Shown here one piece after another: positions 34,476-44,893 of a stretch of 54,618 bases of DNA. The notes below the pieces were generated by a model that searched no databases, had not been told where the DNA came from, and saw only the letters and a program-made list of their open reading frames with translations. This DNA is from a virus (Duplodnaviria; Caudoviricetes), in IMG/VR virus record IMGVR_UViG_3300027790_000003, positions 1 through 54,618 of that record, one strand, 5' to 3'. Within the stretch, counting starts at the first letter, position 1. Each line of letters begins with the position of its first letter. Both the position numbers and the translations under genes were made by a program.

Positions 34476-36304
34476 GCATCGCTGATCAGTTCGGTTCCTA
34501 TGCAGGCTTCAACATCGTAAGACGAGGAGTCAACACCTCGCTTGCGTCAGAGGCTATCCCGGCTGATCAACTCGCATGGATGGTGAACGGGACTACTCGG
34601 AATGGGTATCCTCAGTGTCGCCCGGGCTGGAAGCAGCGAGTGCTTAGATTTTTAGATGAGGACGGGGCTGTTGATACGGCGGTTCGAGACGCTTTCGAAG
34701 ACGGGTGCTGGCAAGGCGCTCACCCTTACACCGATACAAGAGGTGCGACCTCGATCATCGTATCGATCTCGGGGCGGATCTTCCGTCTTGACCTCGACTC
34801 ATATGAGGTTACCGACCTCTCGACATCGTCGGGAGAGACGAACCCCTCGAATCTGAACAAGGTTTGGATGGTCCAAGCGGAGGAGTTCTTGATCGTTCAA
34901 GACGGCTCCTCTGTGCCGCTTATCTACAACGGGGCGAGCTTACGTCGAGCGGAACCTAGGTCAACGACGGGGAGTGACGAGGTTCCGGTGGGCACTGTGA
35001 TGGCTTACAACAAGGGCCGTCTGTGGGTGGCATTGCCCGATGGGAAATCTTTTGTGGCCGGAGACCTCACTTACTCGGTGACGGGTCAGACGAAGGACTT
35101 GCTCTCGTTCACGGAGAACAACTTCCTCAACGGGGGAGGGGCCTTCACTGTGGGCGAGGATGCCGGTAAGATCGTGGCGATGAGATCGGTGGCAATTCAG
35201 GACACGACGACAGGTCAAGGACCGCTTCAGGTATTCACTACCAAAGGGGTTCTCTCGGTGGACGCGCCGTTCGATCGCGATCAGTGGCAGAACTTACGTT
35301 CGCCTATTCAAACAATCTCCATTCTCGGAGCAGGGGCAGTATCGCAGAACTCGACTGTGAATGTCAACGGGGATATCTGGTTCAGATCAGCCGATGGAGT
35401 TCGCTCCTTCTCGATAGCGAGACGCGACCACGGGACTTGGGTGAACACAGCCCTCTCCTCGGAGGTTGACCGTATCCTCGAGCGGGATAACGCGCACGCT
35501 CTTCAGTTCGGGAGCGCGGTGCTCTTCGATAATAGGCTTTTACAGCTCGCGGCGCCTTACCGTTATACGGATTCGAGCGGGGTTGAGCATGGTTATGTCC
35601 ATCAGGGTCTCGTGGCACTAGACTTTCACCCTGTGTCGAGCATGTTCGAGCGGGGTCGGCCTCAGTGGGAGGGTGTCTGGACAGGGCTGAACATGCTCCA
35701 AGCGGTTTACCATCAAGACGCTGATCGCTGTCTGATCTTTACCCTCGATACCTCGAGCGATGATATCCAACTGTGGGAGTTGTCGAAGGAGGACAAGTTT
35801 GACTCGGAGGATAACGCCATCGAGTGGGTGGTCGAGACTCCCTCGTATCGGTTTAACGACGACGGGTGGAGCTTGAAGAAGCTAAGGACGGCTTCGATCT
35901 GGTATGACCGGTTGACGGGGCAGGTGGACTTCGTGACGAAGTTTCGACCGGATAACGAGCCGGTGTGGCAAGCTCATCACTCTTGGCAGGAGCAGGCGAC
36001 CTACAAGGATTGCAATCTTGTTCCGTGTAATACCCCCTCTAACTACCGGGAGCAGTATCGCTCGAGGGTTCGGTTGCCTGAGTTTACAGGGGATTGCGAC
36101 ACGGTGACGCTGAAACCTTACGCGAATGGGTATACTTTCTCGATGCGGATCGAGATTACAGGTTTCGCGAGGATCAAACGGTTGCGTTTAGAGGGCATGG
36201 AGATTCCAGAGGATTACAGCGGGGCTTGCCCGCCTGCGGCAGTGTCCGCGACGTCGGTCACAGGGTGCCCAGAAGACGATTTTAGTTACACAACCACCAC
36301 GTAA
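34472..36304 (+). CDS. Podovirus tail nozzle / DNA stabilization protein
   Basis: 610-aa beta-propeller-like sequence (RLWVA, GDIWFRS.DG, LSSEV), tail-module position. Confidence 0.7.
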   Translation: MSIADQFGSYAGFNIVRRGVNTSLASEAIPADQLAWMVNGTTRNGYPQCRPGWKQRVLRFLDEDGAVDTAVRDAFEDGCWQGAHPYTDTRGATSIIVSISGRIFRLDLDSYEVTDLSTSSGETNPSNLNKVWMVQAEEFLIVQDGSSVPLIYNGASLRRAEPRSTTGSDEVPVGTVMAYNKGRLWVALPDGKSFVAGDLTYSVTGQTKDLLSFTENNFLNGGGAFTVGEDAGKIVAMRSVAIQDTTTGQGPLQVFTTKGVLSVDAPFDRDQWQNLRSPIQTISILGAGAVSQNSTVNVNGDIWFRSADGVRSFSIARRDHGTWVNTALSSEVDRILERDNAHALQFGSAVLFDNRLLQLAAPYRYTDSSGVEHGYVHQGLVALDFHPVSSMFERGRPQWEGVWTGLNMLQAVYHQDADRCLIFTLDTSSDDIQLWELSKEDKFDSEDNAIEWVVETPSYRFNDDGWSLKKLRTASIWYDRLTGQVDFVTKFRPDNEPVWQAHHSWQEQATYKDCNLVPCNTPSNYREQYRSRVRLPEFTGDCDTVTLKPYANGYTFSMRIEITGFARIKRLRLEGMEIPEDYSGACPPAAVSATSVTGCPEDDFSYTTTT

Positions 36305-36305
36305 T

Positions 36306-37052
36306 ATGGCAGTAGCAACTCTCAAGATCATACCGGGGACGCTCCCTACGGGCTATTGCTGGCCTACTGACCCGCAGACCTACAACAACGATATCCTCTC
36401 GAGGGCAGTTGTCAACTTTGAGTCCTCGTCGTTTACGGTGGTCATCGTGTCGAGCGCACAACCGGCGGCAACGGATCGAGATAAGCTTTGGCTCGATACT
36501 GACAATGATCGTATTTACAGATGGGATGGAGGGGCCTGGATACATCGACATCCTTACGAGGCGAACGGGAAGGTTCGGTTGTGGTATGCGGGAACCCTTA
36601 CGGAGCTTTTGACCTTCGACGGAGGTGCGTCGGGGACCGTTGGAGCGTCGAGCGGGCCTATGTGGGAAGAGGATACGACTTACCAAGGGCGATTTCCGCT
36701 CCATGCGGGGGCGCTTCCTACGAGTGCTACTGTGATCGGGAAAGGGGATACGGGAGGAGTTGACCAGGTTACTTTGGCCTCGAATCAGCTTCCGGATCAT
36801 ACGCATCTCGGTAAGGCTTATGTGCGAATCTCGGGCGGGAACCAACCGAACGACCCTTCAGGGTTGACGGATGACGGGTTTCACGAGAACTCGGGGCACA
36901 CTCATGGCTCGTCGGCAACGTCTTTCGATGTGATCGGGGTGCAAACGACGAGTCTGGAAGGGACATCTGGAGAAGCTTTTGACTCGCTTAATCCGTATAA
37001 AGCGGGATACTGGATCAAGAGAACGGGACGATTGAACTACAAGGGATCGTAA
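36306..37052 (+). CDS. Tail-associated protein with collar-like C-terminal domain
   Basis: GRFPL...TGG...TL..NQLPDHTH...LNPY...WIKRT. Confidence 0.7.
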   Translation: MAVATLKIIPGTLPTGYCWPTDPQTYNNDILSRAVVNFESSSFTVVIVSSAQPAATDRDKLWLDTDNDRIYRWDGGAWIHRHPYEANGKVRLWYAGTLTELLTFDGGASGTVGASSGPMWEEDTTYQGRFPLHAGALPTSATVIGKGDTGGVDQVTLASNQLPDHTHLGKAYVRISGGNQPNDPSGLTDDGFHENSGHTHGSSATSFDVIGVQTTSLEGTSGEAFDSLNPYKAGYWIKRTGRLNYKGS

Positions 37053-38306
37053 ATGAGTTTCCTGACGCTAGGCGAAGCGAAGTCGACAGTCGCAAGAGCA
37101 CTCGGTATGTGCTCGACGGATTCCCGTGTCGCTGACCATATCAACGAAGCGCAAGAGCGTCTGTTGAACCGTCCTAATCAGTCAGTCGGAGGGCTCGCGA
37201 GGTATCGATTCTGTATCAACGATAGTTGTATCGTGCTTCCGAGGCAGATCCGCACTGTGGAGAGCTTCGCGGTTTGTAATACCCCGGGCATCGTTCGCCC
37301 AATCTGGCATGAGTTTCTAGGGAACGGGACTTATCTCTATGACGGGGATAAGTCGATTGGGCGTGAGTTGCTGGATCATGGGAGGGTGGCGACATTCAAC
37401 TCCGTGGCGAGCGGGAAAAGCATCACCTCAATTGCGATTACGGCAGGGGGTAGTGGGTATACGTCTGCACCGACGGTGACTTTCACGAATGACTCTACCG
37501 ACACGACAGGTAATGGGGTTACGGGAACGGCTGTCCTGACAGGGGATGCGGTTACTTCGGTGACGATTACGAACTCGGGTTCGGGTTACACCACGGCGCC
37601 TACGATCTCGTTCTCGGGAGGAGGGGGCACAGGAGCTACCGCGACGGCGAGTATCGGGTATAACCGCAAGATTCGGGCTCTCTCGAGCACGGCTGCGGAT
37701 GATGCTGGGAAAATCGTGACCGTCATGGGCTACGATGAGAACGCTCAGTGGATCCGGACAGAGGTTGCAGGGACTTGGATCGACGGTGAGCAATTAACTT
37801 TAGCAGCGACTGCTGTAAACTCGACAAACACTTTCACGAAGGTAACGAGGGTAGTGAAAGAGGTGACTGACGGTCGAGTAGATATGTGGACTTGGGATTC
37901 AACAGCGTCGATAGAGCAGAGGCAGATAGCGGCTTACGAGCCGAGTGAGACTTTGCCGACGTATCGAAGAATGCTTTTCCCGGGTCTATCGAATTACGGG
38001 GCGTGCGCGGCGTCTACCTCCTCGTGTGAGAACAAATCTCTCACTGTTCTTGCAAGGCTTCGCCACGTTCCCGTATCGGTAGACAACGATTTTCTCGTGA
38101 TCGATAACTTAGCTGCGATCAAACTAATGTGCATGGCGATACAGAGAGAAGACCAGAACAGGATACGGGAGGCGGAAGCCTTCGAAGGGAAAGCACTCCG
38201 CGAGATCGAGGGGGAACTCTCAGCGCATCTTGGCGACGGAGTAAAATTCGATATCAAACACGTAGACGGGGGCTCCGGAGGAATGGAAGTCTTTAACCCA
38301 ATTTAG
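37053..38306 (+). CDS. Head-tail adaptor / tail tubular protein with inserted GSGYT-repeat domain
   Basis: HINEAQERLL N-terminus, helical C-terminus, two GSGYT.APT repeats. Confidence 0.65.
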   Translation: MSFLTLGEAKSTVARALGMCSTDSRVADHINEAQERLLNRPNQSVGGLARYRFCINDSCIVLPRQIRTVESFAVCNTPGIVRPIWHEFLGNGTYLYDGDKSIGRELLDHGRVATFNSVASGKSITSIAITAGGSGYTSAPTVTFTNDSTDTTGNGVTGTAVLTGDAVTSVTITNSGSGYTTAPTISFSGGGGTGATATASIGYNRKIRALSSTAADDAGKIVTVMGYDENAQWIRTEVAGTWIDGEQLTLAATAVNSTNTFTKVTRVVKEVTDGRVDMWTWDSTASIEQRQIAAYEPSETLPTYRRMLFPGLSNYGACAASTSSCENKSLTVLARLRHVPVSVDNDFLVIDNLAAIKLMCMAIQREDQNRIREAEAFEGKALREIEGELSAHLGDGVKFDIKHVDGGSGGMEVFNPI

Positions 38307-38308
38307 TT

Positions 38309-39118
38309 ATGCCGATAGGATTAGGTGCAGGACTTGCGATGTCAGCGGTAGGCTCTATAGGAGGCTCTGTGCTCGGAGGTCTCATAGGTGGCGGTAGCAA
38401 GCCCAAAGTCCCGAAGTTTCATGCAGTGGACGCGGGCGAGCAACAAACGCAGACCATCGAGGATAACCGGCAGAGCTTAGCCTCCCTGGAGGCTCTCGGA
38501 CGGGAGGTCAACGCGTTGCAGATCAGGAACCAACGAGCCGCGTTAGATGCTGGCTTGCCCGGGCAGTTTGCTCAAGCAAGTTCGAATGTATCGGCGTTGC
38601 TTAGAGGCGAGATTCCGACCGATGTATCACAACAAGTTCGACGAGCTTCAACGGCACGTAGCTTCGCGGGAGGCTTTCAAGGCGCGGGACTTAGCTCGAA
38701 CTTGACCGCGAGGGATCTCGGGTTGACGTCGCTTGGGTTGCAGCAGACAGGTTTCCAGCAATTCGGGGCTCTAGCTCAACTGATCAACCCCAACCCGTTT
38801 AACGTGCAAACGATGTTCTTCTCTCCTCAGCAACGTTTGCAACATGCGACGAATGAGCGGAATGCCCGTTTCCAACGTGATCTCATGGCGGCTGGGGTGA
38901 AAGCTGCCCCTTCACCCATGCAAGCGGCGATAGGCCGGGGCGTGAGCGCCTTCGGGCAAACGGTAGGTCAATTTGGGGCTCTCGCAGCAGGACAAGCGTT
39001 TATGAAACAGAGCGTTCAAGCCTCTAATGTTCCTACCCTTTCTAAGAACAATGTTCAAGGAGGCTTCCCTAACACAGGGCAACCAGGTAGTGGGGGCTTG
39101 ATGGGGATGTTCGCATAA
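38309..39118 (+). CDS. Internal virion (ejection) protein
   Basis: Gly/Ala-rich hydrophobic N-terminus, Gln-rich body. Confidence 0.65.
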   Translation: MPIGLGAGLAMSAVGSIGGSVLGGLIGGGSKPKVPKFHAVDAGEQQTQTIEDNRQSLASLEALGREVNALQIRNQRAALDAGLPGQFAQASSNVSALLRGEIPTDVSQQVRRASTARSFAGGFQGAGLSSNLTARDLGLTSLGLQQTGFQQFGALAQLINPNPFNVQTMFFSPQQRLQHATNERNARFQRDLMAAGVKAAPSPMQAAIGRGVSAFGQTVGQFGALAAGQAFMKQSVQASNVPTLSKNNVQGGFPNTGQPGSGGLMGMFA

Positions 39119-39126
39119 GGTTAGGT

Positions 39127-40359
39127 ATGGCAGATCCAGTAGCACAGATTTTTCAACAGGCTCAGTTCGCGACAGGGGGCCAAGGTTTCGGAGACTTCTT
39201 TGCGAGAGGCGTGCAGATAGCCCAGCAGGATCGTCAACTCGATCAAGCGGATAGACGACTTAATCTGGAAGAGGAGCAGACTAGGCTAGCTAACATATCA
39301 ACTGCTCTGAAAGTTAAAGCGGGAGAAGCGTCGCAACTGGCTCAATTGGCGATGCAAGAACAGGACGTGATTGCTAATCAACGTATTGCTCAATGGTATA
39401 ACTCCGGCTCGCCCGTGGATCAGATCGATGAGGTGATGCAATCGACCTATGGCACATCGGAAGATAACCCGGTGCGTGATCAATTTATTAAGAGAGCGGA
39501 CGCGCTCATGACTCTGCAAGATAGAGTGAAAGAGAGGGCTCAGATCACATCCGAGGAGAGAGCTGCACGTCCCACTTTAGAGCAGCAGCAGTTGGCTCGT
39601 CAAAGGATCATAGACTTGGTTGGTCCTGCCGCTAAGCTATCAGTGGACGCCGAAGGGAACGTGACAGGCTCAACGCCTACAGGGCGTAATATCACAACTA
39701 GGATAAACCCGGACGGTACTGTTGAGGTTATTGAGACATCGGGTGCCGGGGAAAGCTCTGGACTGTCTGCGGCAGGGATTAACAAGGTTGAGGAGGGTCT
39801 AGGGGCTGCTACGGACGTAGCGGTGATGGGAGCTAACATGATCAACATGGCTGATCCCTCGACGATAGGGCCAGGGGGTCTAGTCTCTAGGATACTTGAG
39901 CGTTTGGGGGTAAATGATCCTGGGGCAGCTTCGGACTTGGCTACGCAACTGCCGCTTTTTCGAGCTAAAATTGTTCCTCAGTTGAAGTCGGATAGCAACA
40001 TAGCTGAACCTGAACGAGCGGGACTCACAAGAGAGCTTGAACTCAACTTCATCGACAACCCGAAGAGATATAAACGTGCAATGGCTAGAACGTCTCGTCT
40101 GTTGGTCGAGAGTGCGAAACGTAAAGCGCAACGTGCAGGTTTGAGTATTCCCGATAGCTTGAAGGTGGATCAACTTGACGTCTCCTTGTTGACTCCTAGG
40201 GAGATCATGGAGAGGTTTCATTCGGGTGGTTTTGGGAAGATAGCAACAGATGAAGCGACTCTCAAACGTCAGGTCCAAAGGGTCAACGAATTGATGAATC
40301 AATCGTCCTTTAAGGACAGCGAGGGGTCTGTGTTAAACTTCTTGAAGAAAGACTCATAA
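39127..40359 (+). CDS. Internal virion (ejection) protein
   Basis: Helical, Q/E/R-rich; second of three large terminal late genes. Confidence 0.6.
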   Translation: MADPVAQIFQQAQFATGGQGFGDFFARGVQIAQQDRQLDQADRRLNLEEEQTRLANISTALKVKAGEASQLAQLAMQEQDVIANQRIAQWYNSGSPVDQIDEVMQSTYGTSEDNPVRDQFIKRADALMTLQDRVKERAQITSEERAARPTLEQQQLARQRIIDLVGPAAKLSVDAEGNVTGSTPTGRNITTRINPDGTVEVIETSGAGESSGLSAAGINKVEEGLGAATDVAVMGANMINMADPSTIGPGGLVSRILERLGVNDPGAASDLATQLPLFRAKIVPQLKSDSNIAEPERAGLTRELELNFIDNPKRYKRAMARTSRLLVESAKRKAQRAGLSIPDSLKVDQLDVSLLTPREIMERFHSGGFGKIATDEATLKRQVQRVNELMNQSSFKDSEGSVLNFLKKDS

Positions 40360-40362
40360 TCG

Positions 40363-43326
40363 ATGCCCGACTTTACCTCACAGATAATGGAAGGTATCGA
40401 GACCGCTGCTCGAACCGAGAGTCTCCCGGTAGACATTGATCTCACACCTGATCGACCTCTAGCTTTTATCGAGGATGATCCTAGGCTCGCTGCGGATACG
40501 ACCGTAAACTTCTTGTCTAGGCATTCTCGACGTGATGAGGAAGGTGCGTTCATACCCCTTGACACGGAAACAGGAGTCGATTTTCTCACACGTTCTAAGG
40601 TAGGTCTCACAGACAACGAGGAGAGGCAGCAGGAACTCCTACAACAAGCTTTTAAAGGGTCTGTCGTCGAACCCATCGAAGGAGGCAACTTCATTATTAG
40701 AGGGGTCAAGGATCCTGAGACCGGCGCTCAGAAGGATCTTCTATTCGATGAACGTTCGATGTCGTCAGGGGATATCGCCGATCTGTCGAAAGCCTTACTA
40801 GGCACAGGGGCAGCTTTCGCGGCACTCGCAGCACTTCCTGCCACCGCGACGGCCACAACGGGCATGGGTATTGCGGCGACGATAGCCCGGTTAGGGGTTA
40901 TGGCTACTGCGTCTACAGGTGCCGCGAAGTCAGCAGAGGCTTTAGGGGAAGCCTCTACGGTGCTGGGCACAGGAGGTGGGCTGGAAGAACTTAGAGATGT
41001 CGGGAAACAGTCCTTGAAAGAACTCCCAGGGGAAGGTCTCTTCGATTTAGGTCTAGGTCTACTTCCGCTAGGGATGGGCCGCATGGTGGATAGAGCTGTA
41101 ACGGGTGGCAGAGGGTTCGTTCAAACTCAAGGCATCGAGGCGATAGGTAGGATCAAACAAAAAACAGGCATCACGATACCTTTATCCGTGGGGGAATCTA
41201 CGGGACGCCCTTTCATACTGAGAGCTGAGGGCATAACAGAGAAGACACCTGTAGGCGGCGGAATGCGGAACGTTTTCGTAGCTAGGCAGGAGCAGGCGAT
41301 ACGTGACGTAGAAAGGTATCTGCTAGGAGGTGAGGGTTTACCCCGTTTACAGGACGTGAACGCAAGAGCTTTGAGGTTGCTTCAAGAGCACACGAATTTG
41401 ACCGACGAGAGGCTTTTGGCTGAGACTTTGGCGAACGTTAAAGCGGGTTCTGACTTCATTAAGAATCAGATTATGAGGTCGACTCCTTTGGCTCGTGTCT
41501 CTGTTGGAAAGCAGGCGACGGGGGAAGTGACCAGAGGGGCTTTAAGAGCTTCTCATGCAGCATTTCGAGCTAGAGCCGAGAAACTTTACGAGCCTATCCT
41601 GAGAGTTGATCCGAAGTTTAACGTAGCACCTATCAAGAAGCAGGTCGCAGAGATTAGGAAACAGTTCACTAAATCGACTATCCCAGAATCTAAGAAGATA
41701 GTAGATACTGGAATGGTAGGGGAACGTGGTGAAGCGATCACCAAGGAAGTCATTGAAGGAGGAGGGCGGGAACCTATTCCAGAGTTTATCCCTTCAGGTT
41801 TGAGTCGGACGCTACAAGGCTTCGACAAACTGGACGATGAAATACCTCTCTCGGAACTAAGAAATCTCAGAACACAGATTAACGATGCGTTAAGTGACGG
41901 TCAAATACTTGATGACGTTCCCAGTAAACGCTTGAAGGAGCTGGCAAGCTCCATCACGAGAGCCATCGAAGAAGGTGTTGACGCATTGCCCTCAGATAGT
42001 TTGAAGTTCAACCTAGAGAGAGCGAATAGTTTCTACCGGAACAATATTGAACGCTTTCAGGTAAAGGGTGTTAATGAGCTGCTTGCTACCTCCACACAAA
42101 AGAAGATCGGGCCTTTCCGCGTAGTGAATGAGGCGAGTCAAGACCCTGATCAGTATTTCCGATTGAAGGAGGCTCTCACCTCCGAGATGAAGGACCTTGA
42201 GAACCCTGAAGTCAGGCTCGCAGGATTAGCGGCTTTCGACACTTTAAAACGCTCCATCCTCGACACCCTAACGGGTAACGCGCTCGCTGGGTCGAATGTG
42301 ATGAACGTCAAACGCTTCGCGGAATTGTTCTCGGGCCTCGAAGCGGAGATGGCAGATGACCTTCTAGGTAAAGGTTCTCAAGGGCTATTGAACGAAGCTC
42401 TAAGCCGAGGTTTGATAGACGAGAATGTGCCTATCGAAATGGCCTTGAAAGCTTTGCGAAAACCGGGAGCGACAGCCGACAGTTTAGAGCGAATGGTCAA
42501 GGCTTCTAAGAAGGAAAGCAGGATCTACAAAAACTCGATCGTTCAACGCTTAGTCAAAGGGAACATCGACGAAGGTAATGTTCGTGACTTCATACGTTCT
42601 GACGAATTCGTCGATAAATACCTCGACATCGGTAGCTTGGACGAAGTCGAAGAAGTCATGAGCATCATCAAACTAGATCCAGATCTCTATGAGGATGTTC
42701 AACGGCGCACGATCCACAAGATCTTTTTGGACGCCGCCAGAACCGTCCAACCTGAAGATACCCTACGTTCTCTCGATGCTGAACCCGAGAAGGTTCTTAA
42801 GTCTATCGGCATAGCGAAGATACTAGGCGACGAAAACACTCGTAACAAGCTCTCTAAGGTAATTGAGCCAGAGGCTATGTCTATCCTGGGTGATCTCGCA
42901 AGAGTTGCCTCGATGAGAGAGCAAAAGGATAAAGCTACCGATGCTGTTGGAGGCTTAGTCGCTGGAGGGCTTATGGCCGATATCATGACACTTAGCCCTA
43001 AGAGCTTCGGTAAGCACATAGGTTACGGTGTAGCAGCGGCCATATTGTCCAACCCTGTGACGAGAGCTATTGCTACGCGTGCAGGCAAAGGGGACAGAAC
43101 TAAAATGGTGCAAGCAATGCTGATAGCTTCCCCTGTTCTACGAAGTCTCTTGATAGACGAGACTCCCGATGTGGCCACCTCATTAGGTATTATGGTAGGT
43201 GATTCAGTCGGTTTAAACGCACCTTCACCGGATGAAGGAGGCTTCGTCGAAGAAGACTTCACCGCTCAGATACTCTCAGGTCTACCCTCTCTCGAGGAAC
43301 CGACAGGGGAAGCTGTTGCACCTTAG
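40363..43326 (+). CDS. Large internal virion (ejection) protein
   Basis: 987 aa with Ala/Gly-rich hydrophobic segments; last late gene. Confidence 0.65.
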   Translation: MPDFTSQIMEGIETAARTESLPVDIDLTPDRPLAFIEDDPRLAADTTVNFLSRHSRRDEEGAFIPLDTETGVDFLTRSKVGLTDNEERQQELLQQAFKGSVVEPIEGGNFIIRGVKDPETGAQKDLLFDERSMSSGDIADLSKALLGTGAAFAALAALPATATATTGMGIAATIARLGVMATASTGAAKSAEALGEASTVLGTGGGLEELRDVGKQSLKELPGEGLFDLGLGLLPLGMGRMVDRAVTGGRGFVQTQGIEAIGRIKQKTGITIPLSVGESTGRPFILRAEGITEKTPVGGGMRNVFVARQEQAIRDVERYLLGGEGLPRLQDVNARALRLLQEHTNLTDERLLAETLANVKAGSDFIKNQIMRSTPLARVSVGKQATGEVTRGALRASHAAFRARAEKLYEPILRVDPKFNVAPIKKQVAEIRKQFTKSTIPESKKIVDTGMVGERGEAITKEVIEGGGREPIPEFIPSGLSRTLQGFDKLDDEIPLSELRNLRTQINDALSDGQILDDVPSKRLKELASSITRAIEEGVDALPSDSLKFNLERANSFYRNNIERFQVKGVNELLATSTQKKIGPFRVVNEASQDPDQYFRLKEALTSEMKDLENPEVRLAGLAAFDTLKRSILDTLTGNALAGSNVMNVKRFAELFSGLEAEMADDLLGKGSQGLLNEALSRGLIDENVPIEMALKALRKPGATADSLERMVKASKKESRIYKNSIVQRLVKGNIDEGNVRDFIRSDEFVDKYLDIGSLDEVEEVMSIIKLDPDLYEDVQRRTIHKIFLDAARTVQPEDTLRSLDAEPEKVLKSIGIAKILGDENTRNKLSKVIEPEAMSILGDLARVASMREQKDKATDAVGGLVAGGLMADIMTLSPKSFGKHIGYGVAAAILSNPVTRAIATRAGKGDRTKMVQAMLIASPVLRSLLIDETPDVATSLGIMVGDSVGLNAPSPDEGGFVEEDFTAQILSGLPSLEEPTGEAVAP

Positions 43327-43327
43327 T

Positions 43328-44563
43328 TTACCAGAGTAGGTCGCCGGTCCGGAAGATCCCTCGTTCCTCTTTAGCCGTAGCTGAAAGACTTGCGTGGGAA
43401 TTGTCCTCGATTGGCGGTGAGTAGACACCTGCGTAAGCAACGTCAGTTGCCCCTTTCCCAGCGTAGATTGCAACATCACATTTGCCGGTGATTTGTGACA
43501 TATCGAGGCTCAGAGCGCCTAGGTGCATCACTCCGACATGACAGTCATACACATAGTTCTCGGTTCGACTCCTCTCGGATTGCATGAAGACTCCCACTTT
43601 GAAGTTACGAACGATGCAATTGGTGATCGAAGAGTGCTCTTGTATCTTACCTACTGTTGTTTCCTCGCTGACGACGCTCCCATAGGGTGTTCTCAACGTG
43701 CGTTGCCCGGGTAGTGTGTGCTCACCTATACCCACTCGAGGGTCATCAGAGAAAACCCCTGACACCGATATGTTCTCGATAGCGTATTCCGTCAAGTGAC
43801 CTACCACAAGGATGCCTGAGCATCTACCTCCTGACACGGTCAACGAAAGATCTTTCACGACAGTCCCCTCTCTCCCAGTGGATGTGTTGTTATGATGATA
43901 GGTGCCTTGTCCACACAGAACGATACCTGGGTTGCTGTCACGCGAGAGTTTGTCGCTAGAGCCATGGAGTCGTTCGGAAGGAGTCTCTCGAAAGTCAACG
44001 TGAAGCTTGGTGAGATGTCTGCCTTGTCCTTTGAGTGTAATTCCAGGAGGCACGAAGAGAGTCGTCATCGCTTTAAGTTCACCTGCAGGTAGCACGATGC
44101 TGCCCAGACCGTTCTCTTCTTTGATGATGTGGTTGACGATCTCTTGAAACCTCGCCGTGATATCACGACCATTCTTGTAGCTCTTCGCGAGTTCGGGATC
44201 GAGCCCTGCAAGAAAGTGATACTCCCCTGAAAAATTGCAATCGACCTTCCCTTGAACCAGCTTGGCCTGAGAATCAAGTAACTTATCCTTCTTCAAGTTC
44301 AGGTCTCTAAGTCCTCGCTTCAGTTCCTCGAGACCCTCTTCCATGTCGGAGAGGTCAGGTTGAGGACCGGCATCACGAGGGAAAGCCGAAGGCGCGACCG
44401 TGGAGTGTCCCTCTGGGATAGCTTCTCGTTGCTCGAGTGCCACGATGCGCTTCTCCAGATCTTTCTTGGCGGCTTCGAGTAAGGCGATTGAGCCCCGTGT
44501 CTGAAACAAATCGTCGGGGACTTCGATCTCGGAAGGGAGTGCTATGTTGATAGGTAGCTTCAT
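43328..44563 (-). CDS. Right-handed beta-helix (pectate-lyase-like) protein with N-terminal coiled coil
   Basis: DITARFQ...IVLPAG...VPPGITLKGQG, VVKDLSL; start reassigned to MKLPIN at 44563. Confidence 0.7.
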   Translation of the reverse strand: MKLPINIALPSEIEVPDDLFQTRGSIALLEAAKKDLEKRIVALEQREAIPEGHSTVAPSAFPRDAGPQPDLSDMEEGLEELKRGLRDLNLKKDKLLDSQAKLVQGKVDCNFSGEYHFLAGLDPELAKSYKNGRDITARFQEIVNHIIKEENGLGSIVLPAGELKAMTTLFVPPGITLKGQGRHLTKLHVDFRETPSERLHGSSDKLSRDSNPGIVLCGQGTYHHNNTSTGREGTVVKDLSLTVSGGRCSGILVVGHLTEYAIENISVSGVFSDDPRVGIGEHTLPGQRTLRTPYGSVVSEETTVGKIQEHSSITNCIVRNFKVGVFMQSERSRTENYVYDCHVGVMHLGALSLDMSQITGKCDVAIYAGKGATDVAYAGVYSPPIEDNSHASLSATAKEERGIFRTGDLLW

Positions 44564-44806
44564 AATGATTTTTGGATTGAAAGTGAGACCGAGGTGTTTC
44601 GCCTGAACCCGTCGATGGGCTAGACACCTCGGTCTTGTGTAACGTTGTATGAGGATTCGATCCGCAACTATCCAATTACGGACTCCTCTGTTTTTTGTAA
44701 TGAACTCTGACGGGTAAAGTTTCAAGATACTCGAGGTGTTTCATAGGAGGGACAAACAATAAAAAACCTCCGTTACAGGATCTCCCTGCACACCATGCCC
44801 CGAGTA

Positions 44807-44893
44807 TCAAAACCAATAACGGATAACGTAAGCGATAGTGAGCCATACAAGGACTACAGTGGTGAACGCATCTAATGTCTCGTCTCTTGTCAT
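44807..44893 (-). CDS. Small membrane peptide (28 aa)
   Basis: MTRDETLDAFTTVVLVWLTIAYVIRYWF; ATGA overlap with the polymerase stop. Confidence 0.4.
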   Translation of the reverse strand: MTRDETLDAFTTVVLVWLTIAYVIRYWF

